Shown here: piece after piece, positions 11,481-22,579 of the stretch
Position numbering within the stretch: position 1 is the stretch's first letter
How the letters are laid out: the number at the start of each line of letters is the position of its first letter
Assembly (NCBI RefSeq): GCF_001194135.2
Contig: NC_068999.1
Coordinates: 17,824,542-17,888,541 of the forward strand
Length of the DNA: 64,000 bases
Source of the DNA: Octopus bimaculoides
Lineage: Eukaryota
Reading direction: 5' to 3'
Made by a program: the position numbers and the translations under genes
Notes under the pieces: generated by a model
The model's input: only the letters and a program-made list of their open reading frames with translations
What the model was told of the DNA's origin: nothing
The model's database searches: none

Positions 11481-14000
11481 ACAACATTAAAATAACCAAA
11501 AGAGAAAAAAAATGTGATATTTGATGGACATTTGGCTATTATTTCTAGCAATCAAAGGAACGCATAGAAACCACATCTAGCCGTGAGGTTTGTCATCGTC
11601 AATGTCTCCGACTTTAGCCTAAGCTAAACCTGTATCGCAAATGCGTACGAAGAAAAGGTATTCCGACCATAGCCACCTCATATTTTAATCTGTTACCGGC
11701 ACGTACTGTGTCCATCCTTCTTTTTTTATTATTTTCAGAGATGATAGACAGTGGTCTACAGGATTTGGTACAACTTTCTAGAGAGTGGAACGACCACATT
11801 TCTACTAATTAGAAAGCAACGGACGCTGTTGTTGTTAGCAACGTAGATGTAGTAGTAGTAGCAGCAGCAGCAGCAAAAAGAAGAAGAACCAATACCAGCG
11901 GCAGCAGTAGAAGCCACAGTGGTAGCAGCAGTAGTGCTACGCACACTGAAGTAACGGCAGCAGCAGCGGTAACAACAGTGGTAGTAGTGGCAGCAGCCTC
12001 GATTTAAAAACAAACAACACTCACTTATGTTTTTTTTTTTAATTCAACATCATTCAACGGAATGTATTACATGTGTTGCCGTTGTTATTCCGTTGCTGTA
12101 GTTGTTGTAATGGCCATTGTTGTTGTGATTGTAAATGGTAATTGCTCTTACTTTTGTTATCGCTGTTTATTACTAGCAACTGTTATTGAAGTTGCTGCTG
12201 TTATGCCCTGTTATTACTCGTTTCACCCCATTATTATTTTTGCTGTTTCTCTTATGTTTATTTTTATATTTGTCTCTGTTGTCTTTATATTTTCGCAGTA
12301 TCTAAGCATATAGTTTTACTCATAGCAGTAGCTTTTCTCGTTGTTGTGCTTGTTTTAGTTATAGCTCTTTCTATTGTTGTTCTGGTTCTTTTGGTTGCAG
12401 TTGACAACGCTGTTATTTCAGCGTAAATTCTGTCGTTATTATTTATGTGCAAGACAGCAAGCTGGCAAATTCGTTCCAGCGCAGAAAAGAAAAGGAAAAA
12501 AAAAAAAAAAAATCTCCGCGATTTCTTTCCCGGCTCTTGATTGAACTTGGGTGAGAGGTAAATTTAACCGCGGTGTGATTAGAAATCAAAACTTAATCAA
12601 GTAACGTACCCGTGAAATACTAAGCATCGTTGGTAATAAACTAGAGGTCTCCATACATGTGCTACCGTCGTACTTACTTTTAAAAATCATTATTGCTGTT
12701 GATGTTATTGTTACGGTATGTTTTCAGACTTAGGAATATTGAAATTGTTGTTATTTCAATGATGATCATGTTCCTATCGTAGGTGCATCTGCTGCTCCGA
12801 CTACAATATTCAAAAACTTCGGTAACACTAACATTAATTACCGATGTATCTCGCTGCTTACATGTGCTGCTGATTTGCTGCTATTAATACTACTGCAGCT
12901 GTTCCAGATAGTGCTGCTGTTTTTCTTACTATTATTAATTCTTTATTTTCTCCTGCTGCTGCTGCTGTTACTATTATTAATACTTCACGCTTCCCTTCTG
13001 CTGCTGTTGCTGGTGACACTGCTGCTACTTCTTCTGCTTACAACGTTGGTGTTGATGCTGCATCTGACCCTCCTCCTACCACAACCGCTTCTGGGGTGCT
13101 TCTCTAAGCATTGCTCTTAATGATCATGCTGTTAATGTTATTTTAGCCCATGGTCAGCTCTGGTTGAGCAGCCTATAAGTCAATGACGTTCCAGCGATAT
13201 CTATCCCATCTTTTGGTATATCTATGCGACTAGATGTGGGCATCGCATAATTTTGAAGACGATAGACTATTATTTTGATACGTCGAGCATTTCATACGAC
13301 CATATACAGGCAACATTCTTGTTTCCATTTGCGTATCAAGATGCTGTTCTTTTTCTTAGAGTTATATTATCACCAGGTCACATTTAGGCACTCAGACATG
13401 TGACTAGTAAGATTCCAACCATGACTATCCAGTCATTCTCCTGTCTGCAGAGAACAAGAGATCAATTCTTTCGACTTCTATCTACTTAATACTGATCTGA
13501 GGGAGAATTTTGTTGTGTATTCTAGTTTGTCGAACAGCCACGCACACTTAACAGTTAGTCCGTTATTCAAACGTGAAGAGATGACGGTGCCGTTCCATAT
13601 CTATGGAGTTGCATAGTTTTCTAAACAACTTATTTACTTTAGAATTCTACTTCATAGTAGTAGTAGCTGTTGTTACTGATGTTGTCATTAACCTAAAATA
13701 ACTGTGTTATTATTGTTTAACCCTAGGTCAGCAAACCAGCAGAAATACACCAAACGTGACCTGCATGTCTATTATTCTGTACGGAGAGCCGATGCCATAT
13801 ACGATGAGTTCTTTTCTATGACGTTACAAGGCGATTCAACCGAGATTTAACTGCTATTTCTAGCATGCTTAAGTAATTGGGTTGTAACAAGCGCGCGCTG
13901 CATCGAGTTTTATTACGAAACTGAGAAGAGTAAAGTAATGTGGTTAGTAAATAATGTATAGCAATTGTTGATATTTTTTAATCATAATCCAAGGCAAATA

Positions 14001-14214
14001 TTCTTTTCTATTCTAAGCAAAAGGCCCGAAATTTTGGGGGAGGGGGCCCTGGTGATTAGATCGACCCAGTGCGCTACTGATACTTAATTTATCGACCCCG
14101 AAAGGATGAAATGCAAAGTCGACCTGGGTGGAATTTGAACTCAGAACGCAAAGACAGACAAATACTACCAAGCATTTCGCCCGGCATGCTAACGTTTCTG
14201 CCAGCTCACCGCCT
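14001..14214 (-). mobile_element. tRNA-derived SINE, family A (tail type 1)
   Basis: Colinear with 1022-1236 over its full length. Confidence 0.85.
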
Positions 14215-14350
14215 TAATAATGGGCTTGAAATTGGTGGGGAGAGGACTAGTCAATTATATCGACCCAAGTGTGAACTCAGAACGTAGTGACGGGTGAAAT
14301 ATCGCGGAGCATTTCGTCCAGCGTGCTAACGACTCTGCCAGCTCGCGGCT
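14215..14350 (-). mobile_element. Internally deleted family A SINE, tandem to the previous copy
   Basis: Tail remnant joined directly to tgaactcagaacgt..gtgctaacgactctgccagctcg head; central domain missing. Confidence 0.7.
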
Positions 14351-14404
14351 TTAATAATAATAATAATAATAACAACAAAAATGTTTCTGCCGAGATGTTT
14401 TGCT

Positions 14405-14441
<37 letters not shown>

Positions 14442-14793
14442 GTACGTGACAACATTTCCCTACATATGTTTCTCGCTTAACAGATTTAACTGAGTTCTAA
14501 AGAACTTATTGGATGTTATCTCAAAGAAAGAGACCGACCGAATAATAGACGTTAACATTTACTGTTCAGGGTTGTTTTGGGAAATTCTAACGTCGGTCCC
14601 AGGTAGATTTCTTTTATTTTTTACTTTAGTGTTATCATATGATAAACTTGATGAGACAAACATTCTCGTGGAAGAGTTCAAATCAAAGGTGAGGAAATGT
14701 AAAGACTAGTAACATAAACATACACGCATAGTATAAACAGGATTATACAAAAACCCTCACAATAAAAGGATGTATATTAGAAAAATAATATGA

Positions 14794-15038
14794 CAAAGGA
14801 ATAAACGATTACCTTATAAACATCATTAGCTTACAGCTTTTTTCTGCTGTGGGATGTAGTGGACTCAATTTGTCATCCTTTTCCCAAATAAACGACATTT
14901 CATGTTCGAGGCTCCGACGAAGCTATAAGGCGTTACTCAATTACTCAACCAGAAGTCCACTACATCTTATAATAACAGAAACAGCTATAAGCTAATGTAA
15001 ATCTAATGAATTTCATAAGATAATCGTTTATTCCTTTG
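14794..15038. repeat. Palindromic (MITE-like) element with 72-85 bp imperfect arms and an 88 bp spacer
   Basis: Perfect outer 17 bp CAAAGGAATAAACGATT / AATCGTTTATTCCTTTG and perfect inner 13 bp GATGTAGTGGACT / AGTCCACTACATC. Confidence 0.75.
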
Positions 15039-15280
15039 CTATCTTATTAGTGCCCTATGCTCGTCTAACAAGTTGTTCTGAACCATACGTATGCTGAGTT
15101 CTACACCAGGCTGTTAGTTTCTCAATGCTAAGCGATATATAAAAGATATTTGTTTCGATTATGAACAATTTATTGTGGAATTTACTAAAAACTTATTAGA
15201 ATGAATCATTAAATAAGGAGCTGACAATTCCACGTACATTTGTACATTCAAAGAGTAAGAAGAGAATAAATAATACATTT

Positions 15281-15472
15281 TACTCGTTTACTTTGTCATG
15301 CAAGAGCACCACCTTAAAGCGTTTTAGTCGAAGAAATAGACCCCAGGACTTGTTCTTTGTCAGCCTACTACATATTCTATAGGACTCTTTACCCCGAACC
15401 GCTAATTTATGGGGACTAACACACCTGCATTGGTTGTCAAACAATGGCGTGAGGTGGAAAACTTACACAAAG

Positions 15473-15480
<8 letters not shown>
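15281..15480 (-). mobile_element. Family B SINE (internal-microsatellite type), 3' half
   Basis: agcaccacctt..ttagtcga..gaccccaggactt..ccgaaccgctaa..ggttgtcaa matches the reverse complement of 49490-49675. Confidence 0.75.
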
Positions 15481-15516
<36 letters not shown>

Positions 15517-15519
<3 letters not shown>

Positions 15520-15728
15520 CACATTTAAACATAAGAGAAACTGCCTTCAACAAGCAGTTTTACACGCTAGAAGTAGTCAAAACGACCAAAACCACATTTA
15601 AGAGCAATCTTCAAAAGGAATGAAAAATAAAAACTTTTACCATGTTATTTTATTCCGGCCAGACCTAAGTTTCGAAATTTCTTAGCAAATGAAATAATTT
15701 TGAAACCTAGGTCTGATCGAAATAAAAT
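15517..15728. mobile_element. Unclassified insertion in the (TA)n of a family B SINE, ending in a 33 bp-arm hairpin at the gap edge
   Basis: Non-SINE sequence between the TA run and the N-gap; arms 15647-15679 and 15696-15728 match 28/33. Confidence 0.5.
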
Positions 15729-16119
15729 NNNNNNNNNNNNNNNNNNNNNNNNNNNNNNNNNNNNNNNNNNNNNNNNNNNNNNNNNNNNNNNNNNNNNNNN
15801 NNNNNNNNNNNNNNNNNNNNNNNNNNNNNNNNNNNNNNNNNNNNNNNNNNNNNNNNNNNNNNNNNNNNNNNNNNNNNNNNNNNNNNNNNNNNNNNNNNNN
15901 NNNNNNNNNNNNNNNNNNNNNNNNNNNNNNNNNNNNNNNNNNNNNNNNNNNNNNNNNNNNNNNNNNNNNNNNNNNNNNNNNNNNNNNNNNNNNNNNNNNN
16001 NNNNNNNNNNNNNNNNNNNNNNNNNNNNNNNNNNNNNNNNNNNNNNNNNNNNNNNNNNNNNNNNNNNNNNNNNNNNNNNNNNNNNNNNNNNNNNNNNNNN
16101 NNNNNNNNNNTATATATAT

Positions 16120-16295
16120 ACACACACACACACACACACATGGCGAGCTTCTTTCGCTTTCCGTCAACCAAATCCACACACAAGGCTTTGTCGACCCGAG
16201 GTTACAGTAGAAGACATTTACCCAATACGTCATGCAGTGGGACGGAACCCAAAACCATATGGTTAGGAAGCAGGCTTCTATGCACAGAGCCGCGT
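16120..16295 (-). mobile_element. Family B SINE, 5' half
   Basis: gagcttctttcgctttccgtc..ccaaatccac..aaggctttgtcgacccgagg matches the reverse complement of 49214-49375. Confidence 0.7.
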
Positions 16296-17267
16296 CAGCG
16301 CCTGTTTATATTTTTGAAGTATGAATCTTGTTGTAAAATTATAAGGATTGCAAAACATTTCCATCGCCAACATTCAAGGCAAAGTAAAATGAATGGTTCA
16401 GTTCAAGTTATGAAAAAATATGAGGGCCCAGGTCAAGAAAAGAATAAAGATTTTGCAAATACAATATGTATATAACAGGCAAGGGGCGGTCATAGTCACC
16501 TAGATGTGCACAAATATAAACAAAAGGCCGTGAACAAGTGAAATACATGCGCAACAAGACGCAGAAAATTATATTTGCGCGTTATTAACCTATTGTATTT
16601 TATTGCATATTATGTGATCAATGAAGAATTATATATAAGCGTGCGGGTGTGCATCTAGTTGGTAATTGTTATAGAATATGCATAGCTATAAATATACAAA
16701 CATTAAACGCTATTATATATAGGTATATGAGACATCTTTTCTTTTACATGTTTCAGTTAATTAGACTGCGGCCGTACTAGGACAACGCTTTGAAGAGATT
16801 TTGTTGAACGAATCGACTCCACTACTATTTTTTAAAGCCTGGTCCTTGTTCTATCGGGTCGTTTTACAGAGCCTTTAAATTACAGGATTTTAACTCACCC
16901 ACACAGGGTGTCAAGTGACGGGGAAGACAAACATAAAGGCACATACCCATACACACATATAAATATATACACGCAAGCACTTCTAAACGAATATACAGGC
17001 ATGAGCTTACATACCTATTATAAATGATTAACCTGTAATACGCAATTCATGTACATACAGGCACATACAACCATTCGTCCGTTAATATTTAAAGATATGA
17101 TCCCAAATAAATAAGAAAATAAGATACACATGTAAATATATATATATATATATATGTGTGTGTATAATTAAATATATAAATATACACATGAATATATATA
17201 TATATGTGTGTGTGTATAATTAAATATATAAATATATACATGAATATATATATATATATATATATAT

Positions 17268-17323
17268 GGGAGAATATACAAATAATAACAACAGACGAGG
17301 ACAGGTGGTGTAAATAACAAAAG
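17268..17323 (-). mobile_element. Short Penelope-type terminal fragment without ribozyme, embedded in (TA)n
   Basis: Nearly identical to 38244-38299 and to the reverse complement of 18546-18602. Confidence 0.7.
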
Positions 17324-17544
17324 GATATATATATATATATGTGTGTGTGTGTGTATAATTAAATAAATAAATATATAAATGAATATATATATATATATAA
17401 TTAAATGTGCATGCCTATATATTTTCAAATTATAGATATATAATTTAATCGTATGAATCAACAAACGGCAGTTTTGCTGGGGCACCGTTTTGATGAATTT
17501 TAGTCCGCAGTACATTTTTCCTTTTTTTTTTGCTTGTTTTCTAC

Positions 17545-17690
17545 CCCTAATACCTGCCATTCTATCGGTGTTTTTTGCCGAACCACTAGTTAACGGGAAC
17601 GTAAATACACGAACACCGGTTGTCAAGCGGTCGTGGTGAACAAACACAGCCATAAAGACGAACACACGCGTGTGCGTATGTGTGTGTACG
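17545..17690 (-). mobile_element. Family B SINE fragment (3' part)
   Basis: ttctatcggtgttttttgccgaaccac..acgtaaatacacgaacaccggttgtcaagcg. Confidence 0.75.
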
Positions 17691-17709
17691 TACCAGGGAG
17701 CATCCAAAA

Positions 17710-18305
17710 GAAATATTTTGCCTTTGCAGCAATGCATCGGTCCAAGCGCGTTCTCCACTATTTGAAGCAGTACTGGAAATCTTCCGAAGTAATGCCTTGT
17801 AATGCCGCCATCGTTTTTTCTGCCCCTCCTCTACATCTGCAAATTCCGTAGCACCATCTTTCGTCACTAGTGATGACCTTCGAAAAAAGGTTCTGGATCA
17901 TCTCCCAACCGTTCTTTCAGTTCTCGACACACATTCAGTTATGACTACTTTTGATCTTCCGTGAGCAAGCAAGGCACGAATTTTGTTGTAACTCTTTTCA
18001 TTCGCAATTCGTCGCTCAAAATTCGAGCTCCAGGACACACCAGTCGTACCAACAATTTCGTCACCTGTTCGGTGACATGTCCTCCAAAATCAGGTCAGGA
18101 ATTTTCGTAATATTTTCATTCGTTCGGTAGGTCGATGTTCGTCTTGAATGAGGTTGGTTTTCAAGTGACAAATGACCAGTGACCATTCCTCAGGCGTGGC
18201 AACCTCTGGTAAACTTGTGTTTTGCTCATGGCAGCGTCCTTGTAAGATTTGTAAAGCACGCCAACTGCTTCAGTCGCCGTTTTCCCCAGCAGCAAAAGCC
18301 TGAAC
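17710..18305 (-). mobile_element. Degenerate, internally deleted mariner (DD34D-type) transposase remnant
   Basis: Minus translations across frameshifts: LGKTATEAVGVLYKSYKDAAMSKTQVY; ELRMKRVTTKFVPCLLTEDQK..LNVCRELKERLGDDP; FSKVITSDERWCYG; then directly FADVEE..LQGITSEDFQYCFK*WRTRLDRCIAAKAKYF. These match the mariner HTH, WVPxxL linker, first catalytic Asp and C-terminus. Confidence 0.88.
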
Positions 18306-18319
18306 TACAACAGACGTAT

Positions 18320-18602
18320 CCGACAGAGACCGTTTCCATTTCCTTTTCGGTACCTTTTGAACTTTTCCACTTTTGTAAACCTCCTTTATCATCCTTTTTT
18401 ACCTTACTTTCCTTCACCTACCGTCTCTTCGTACTCTGGATGTTCCTCTCCGTGTTTTTCTCCTTGTCTCCGTATTCTTTCTGTTGAAGAGCGTAGCTCG
18501 AAACGTCAAAGACTTTCCGTATTCCCGAGCGTCATACTAATATATACTTTTGTTATTTACACCACCTGTCCTCGTCTGTTGTTATTTTTTGTATATTCTC
18601 CC
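18320..18602 (+). mobile_element. Penelope-like terminal-repeat fragment (pyrimidine-rich) carrying a minimal hammerhead motif
   Basis: Hammerhead signature at 18476-18512; downstream 120 bp recur at 38244-38364 and 17268-17323; ends in a TA run. Penelope assignment inferred from the ribozyme architecture. Confidence 0.6.
18476..18512 (+). ncRNA. Minimal type I hammerhead ribozyme motif with variant core CUGUUGA
   Basis: TCTTT-CTGTTGA-A-GAGC-GTA-GCTC-GAAA-C-GTC-AAAGA: helix I 5 bp, helix II 4 bp, palindromic ACGT in place of helix III, GUC cleavage triplet ending at 18507. Confidence 0.65.
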
Positions 18603-18609
18603 ATATATA

Positions 18610-18790
18610 TACTTACACACGCGCGCACACATACGACGGATTTCTTTCAGTTTCCTTCAATCATATCCACTCACGTGGCTTTGGTGGGTTGAAAGCTATA
18701 GTAAAAACACCTACCCGAGTTGCCATGCGGTGCGACTGAACCTGAAACCATGTGATTGCAAATACTTTACCAAACACACACATATATGTG
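18610..18790 (-). mobile_element. Family B SINE, 5' half
   Basis: acgacggatttctttcagtttcc..atccactcac..ggctttggtggg..tgccatgcggtgcgactgaacctgaaaccatgtg. Confidence 0.75.
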
Positions 18791-18999
18791 CATCTCCCCA
18801 CATTAATGTTCAATTCTAATCGTGGGTGTGTGTGTCTTAGCCGTAAGAGTGTGCAGCATGATCACGTAGTTTGTCATATCGCTGTGTGAGACATTCGGTA
18901 AATCATTCGCTGATCGTGTAAAGAGATGCAGTGTTTAGTTTCTTTGTGCATTTATTTCCTTGCTTATGTTTTGTCCTCCGTTATTTTTTTCTATCCATC

Positions 19000-19450
19000 T
19001 CTGCAGGTCCTTACGTGCGTGTGAAGCTTCTACTTGAACTATAACCTTTTTCTTGTATCGGATTCATTACCTGTGCTCGTATACAATATATTTTCCATAT
19101 TTTTACCGTACTTCCTGAATACAATTTTTGCTTTTGTGGTGGGGGCCTTCGAAGCAATACCTTCTATATTAATACACGTTATGTCAAGTGCATTCGTTAA
19201 ATATTTAGGTTTACTCTTCCGAGATTTAGAGCAGATTGGGACATAACATCTGGTTTTCAGTTTCAAAACTCTTCCATCTCAAACAAAGAATGCTCAATCT
19301 GCGTTTGTTTGGCAGCTGCAAAAGACATTGCCGTTCTTTCGCTTGTGCTAACGAAACGCTTGATAGAGATGAAAATGTGCTCAGTATGCTGACGTTGGTG
19401 GTGTTGCTAATGGTTTCAGTCTTACCGTAGGTTTCCCATACGACGGTGGT
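19000..19450 (-). mobile_element. Possible degenerate LINE ORF1-like remnant
   Basis: Frameshifted reading TAMSFAAAKQ..KPKYLTNALDITCINIEGIASKAPTTKAKIVFRKYGK, loosely like the SFAxA motif and RRM-like region of L1/Tx1 ORF1; weak. Confidence 0.3.
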
Positions 19451-20104
19451 AGTGATCTCGGTGAGGCAGTAAGTTAAGTAATCTTCTTAGCAGTTTCTTC
19501 TATTTCGATGTTGATTTTGTCAACATTCTTTTTTATGCTCGTGCTCACTGCTACTCGTTTTCTTTTTTTGTTTTCTTTTTTCTTTTTGTAGATAGTAATT
19601 CTTGATATGTTTTTCTTAATGTATTGTTTCTCCCTGAGTCGTTATTACTTTTGCTGCAGTGTTTCTTAATATACTTTATTCAGCAGCAACACAGGACTGG
19701 GGAAAGTTTCTACTAAATTCAAGTCTGTGTCACAAATTTTCCGTTATTAATTTATTGCTAGACGTCAATACGAAGAAATATATTTAGCATTTTGAAAATA
19801 ATATTTAGAAATTAGTATTTACAGAACTTGAGAATTTGCGTTAGCTTTGCAACAAAATACACATAAGCATTTCTCTATAACTACCCCCAATCAGGGGAAT
19901 AAAGCTCGAAACTGTGTTGTAATACTATTGGCACAAAATAGAATATCTTTGCTTCATCCTACATTACGAACAAATATTAACCCATTCTCTTTATATAAGG
20001 TATACAGTAATCCGTGAAACGGTAGCATAAATGGTGTAGTACGTTCAAGGGTAACTACCAATGAAAATAACCTTTCTACTATAGAAAGAAAGCCTGAAAT
20101 GTTG

Positions 20105-20255
20105 TGGGTAGGTAGGATAGTCGATTGCATCGAACCCAGTAATCAACAAGAACGTACTTTATCGACCACGAACGTACGAAGGGCAACAATGACCACGGCA
20201 GGATTTGAACTCCACTTTGGCTCGTCGTGCTAATGGCTCTGCCAGTTCAACGCCT
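20105..20255 (-). mobile_element. Old family A SINE copy
   Basis: gtcgattgcatcgaacccagt..tttatcgacc..ggatttgaactc..gtgctaatggctctgccagttcaacgcct. Confidence 0.65.
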
Positions 20256-20514
20256 TAATAACAGTTGAAAAAAAAAAAATCATCAGCAGATGACTTTGGA
20301 AAATCATTGCACGTATTTCGCTGTTTAGGTAGGTTTGCAGGTAAATTCGTGGGAAATGTATTAGACATTCCTCATAATGAAAAGAATGCACATACTAAGC
20401 ATTTACATTATCCCTTTATCATATTATCTATCCATATATATATATATATACATACATACATACATACAATATATATATATATATTTATAAATACACCAAC
20501 ATATATACACACAC

Positions 20515-20551
<37 letters not shown>

Positions 20552-21639
20552 NNNNNNNNNNNNNNNNNNNNNNNNNNNNNNNNNNNNNNNNNNNNNNNNN
20601 NNNNNNNNNNNNNNNNNNNNNNNNNNNNNNNNNNNNNNNNNNNNNNNNNNNNNNNNNNNNNNNNNNNNNNNNNNNNNNNNNNNNNNNNNNNNNNNNNNNN
20701 NNNNNNNNNNNNNNNNNNNNNNNNNNNNNNNNNNNNNNNNNNNNNNNNNNNNNNNNNNNNNNNNNNNNNNNNNNNNNNNNNNNNNNNNNNNNNNNNNNNN
20801 NNNNNNNNNNNNNNATATATATATATATACACAGACACGCTCACATACCCCCTCATAATACATCAACTCATGTACACACAGAATATTGAATATTTGTGTA
20901 ATCCCATAGACTACGGTGGTGCACTACACAAATGCATCCCCATCAGCTTATTTTAGTGCAGTGACGAGCGTTTGCTTCTTGAGAACTCCATTTGCATACC
21001 CAACATAACAGATGATCATAAAGATTAAAACGTAGTTCGTGTTTACAAATGCATTTGTTTGTAGTCTTTAATATTCGTTGTTGTTCGTGATCAGGATTCC
21101 TTTTAAATCGCGGCTCCATTTTATAACGTTATTACTGCTGATGTTTTATTTAACACAATACATAGTTTTCTGTTTCGTTTCATCATTATTGCCTCACAGT
21201 AAATCTCAATTATTAACACCAACATGTGGTGCTTGTGCAACTAAGTCATAATTTGCAGCAGCATAATTCGCTCAAGTAGCGAGTTGTTAGACGAAAGGTT
21301 AACGTAGGTCACAGGGTTGTCTGGCATTTCGAGGTGAGAATTTTTCTGGTACTGTTTTAATGATATGTAATCATTTATATCTGTGATTTCTTTGAAGATG
21401 GCTTGGCAGAAGTAGTAATGGTAGAGATTATAATCCATATATCACTGTAGTGTAATGCCAGCTTCGTTTATATAGTTAAACACTGACACTAGGTCTAGCT
21501 TTTGGTTATTTAAAAGATACGAGAATCGACTGGACAATGTTGATGGAATGTATACATGAGACAGGAGAGAGACCACATGTGGTCACGAATGACCAAAAGA
21601 TTGCACCTAGAAAGTTCCACCTCTAGGAACAATTCCTGA

Positions 21640-21905
21640 CAAGCTTGTTTGTGGAAGATCAGAAGTTGCCCAAGCATGCCAGCCTCCCCTCTTCCCACCA
21701 CTGATGTTATCCAAAAGAAAGGAAAAGGCCGATACAGCTTGGTACCAGTGATGCCGTAATTCATTTTTATGGCGGAGTGCATTGGAGCAACGTGAAATAG
21801 TGCCTTCCTCAAGAACACATCTCACATCTCGGTGCAGGAATCTATCTCACGTCATTATGATTGTAAGCCCGACGCTCTAGCTAGTTAGCTATACATCTTC
21901 ACCAT
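21640..21905 (-). mobile_element. tRNA-derived SINE with a CORE-like central domain
   Basis: tcatttttatggcggagtgcattggagcaacgtgaaatagtgccttcctcaagaacaca resembles the reversed CORE domain; tRNA-like end at gattgtaagcccgacgctctagc. Confidence 0.55.
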
Positions 21906-22579
21906 TATACATGCACATACATATTATAATTGTTCAATCCTCGTGACGTTTTGCCTGATATTAAGAGACCTCTACTAGCCGAGGCATTCAAATGAAAGCA
22001 AAAATGAAAGTTAGCAAACTTAAAGGCGGATGAATTTTGGATCTAGACTCGAATATCGTAATGATTAAGTTGCACATTTTGTAGAATACGGCAAATCATT
22101 TTTCTTTCTTTTACTCCAAAATTTATTTAAATCCTAGTCTGTATTATTTCACACTGTATTTTTTTTTTTACCCATGAAAGTATTCCAATAAAAAATTACT
22201 TTGAATTTACTCATAATTTTCCTCGTTTAGCAGAATTTTCTATATATTTGATTATATGTCCAATGCCAATTATGTAAACAATAACAAAGTATACTCGAAA
22301 CACTATTCTGAGACACACCACAATAGAGTACTCATATTTCCGTTACATTTCAGTTTATTTGTAGATTTCAGGATCGCATAACTGATGAAATATTCATCGA
22401 AATACACTTGAGACTCATTGACGTTTAATACACTTAAGTACAAATACAAGTTTGTGTACATGCTGCATAATAGAAAAGAAATGTGCCTTTAAAACTGTGC
22501 GCGTATATTTTTGTCAATAAAGACTTAGCTCGAACATTTTAAAGACGGATAGGAGGTGTTTTAGTGTCTTTGATTTAGC

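Noticed and set aside
8383-13120. Hydrophobic membrane-protein-like ORFs (Val/Met/Leu-rich)
   Set aside because: Produced by GTG/GAT/GCT triplet repeats, not real transmembrane segments.
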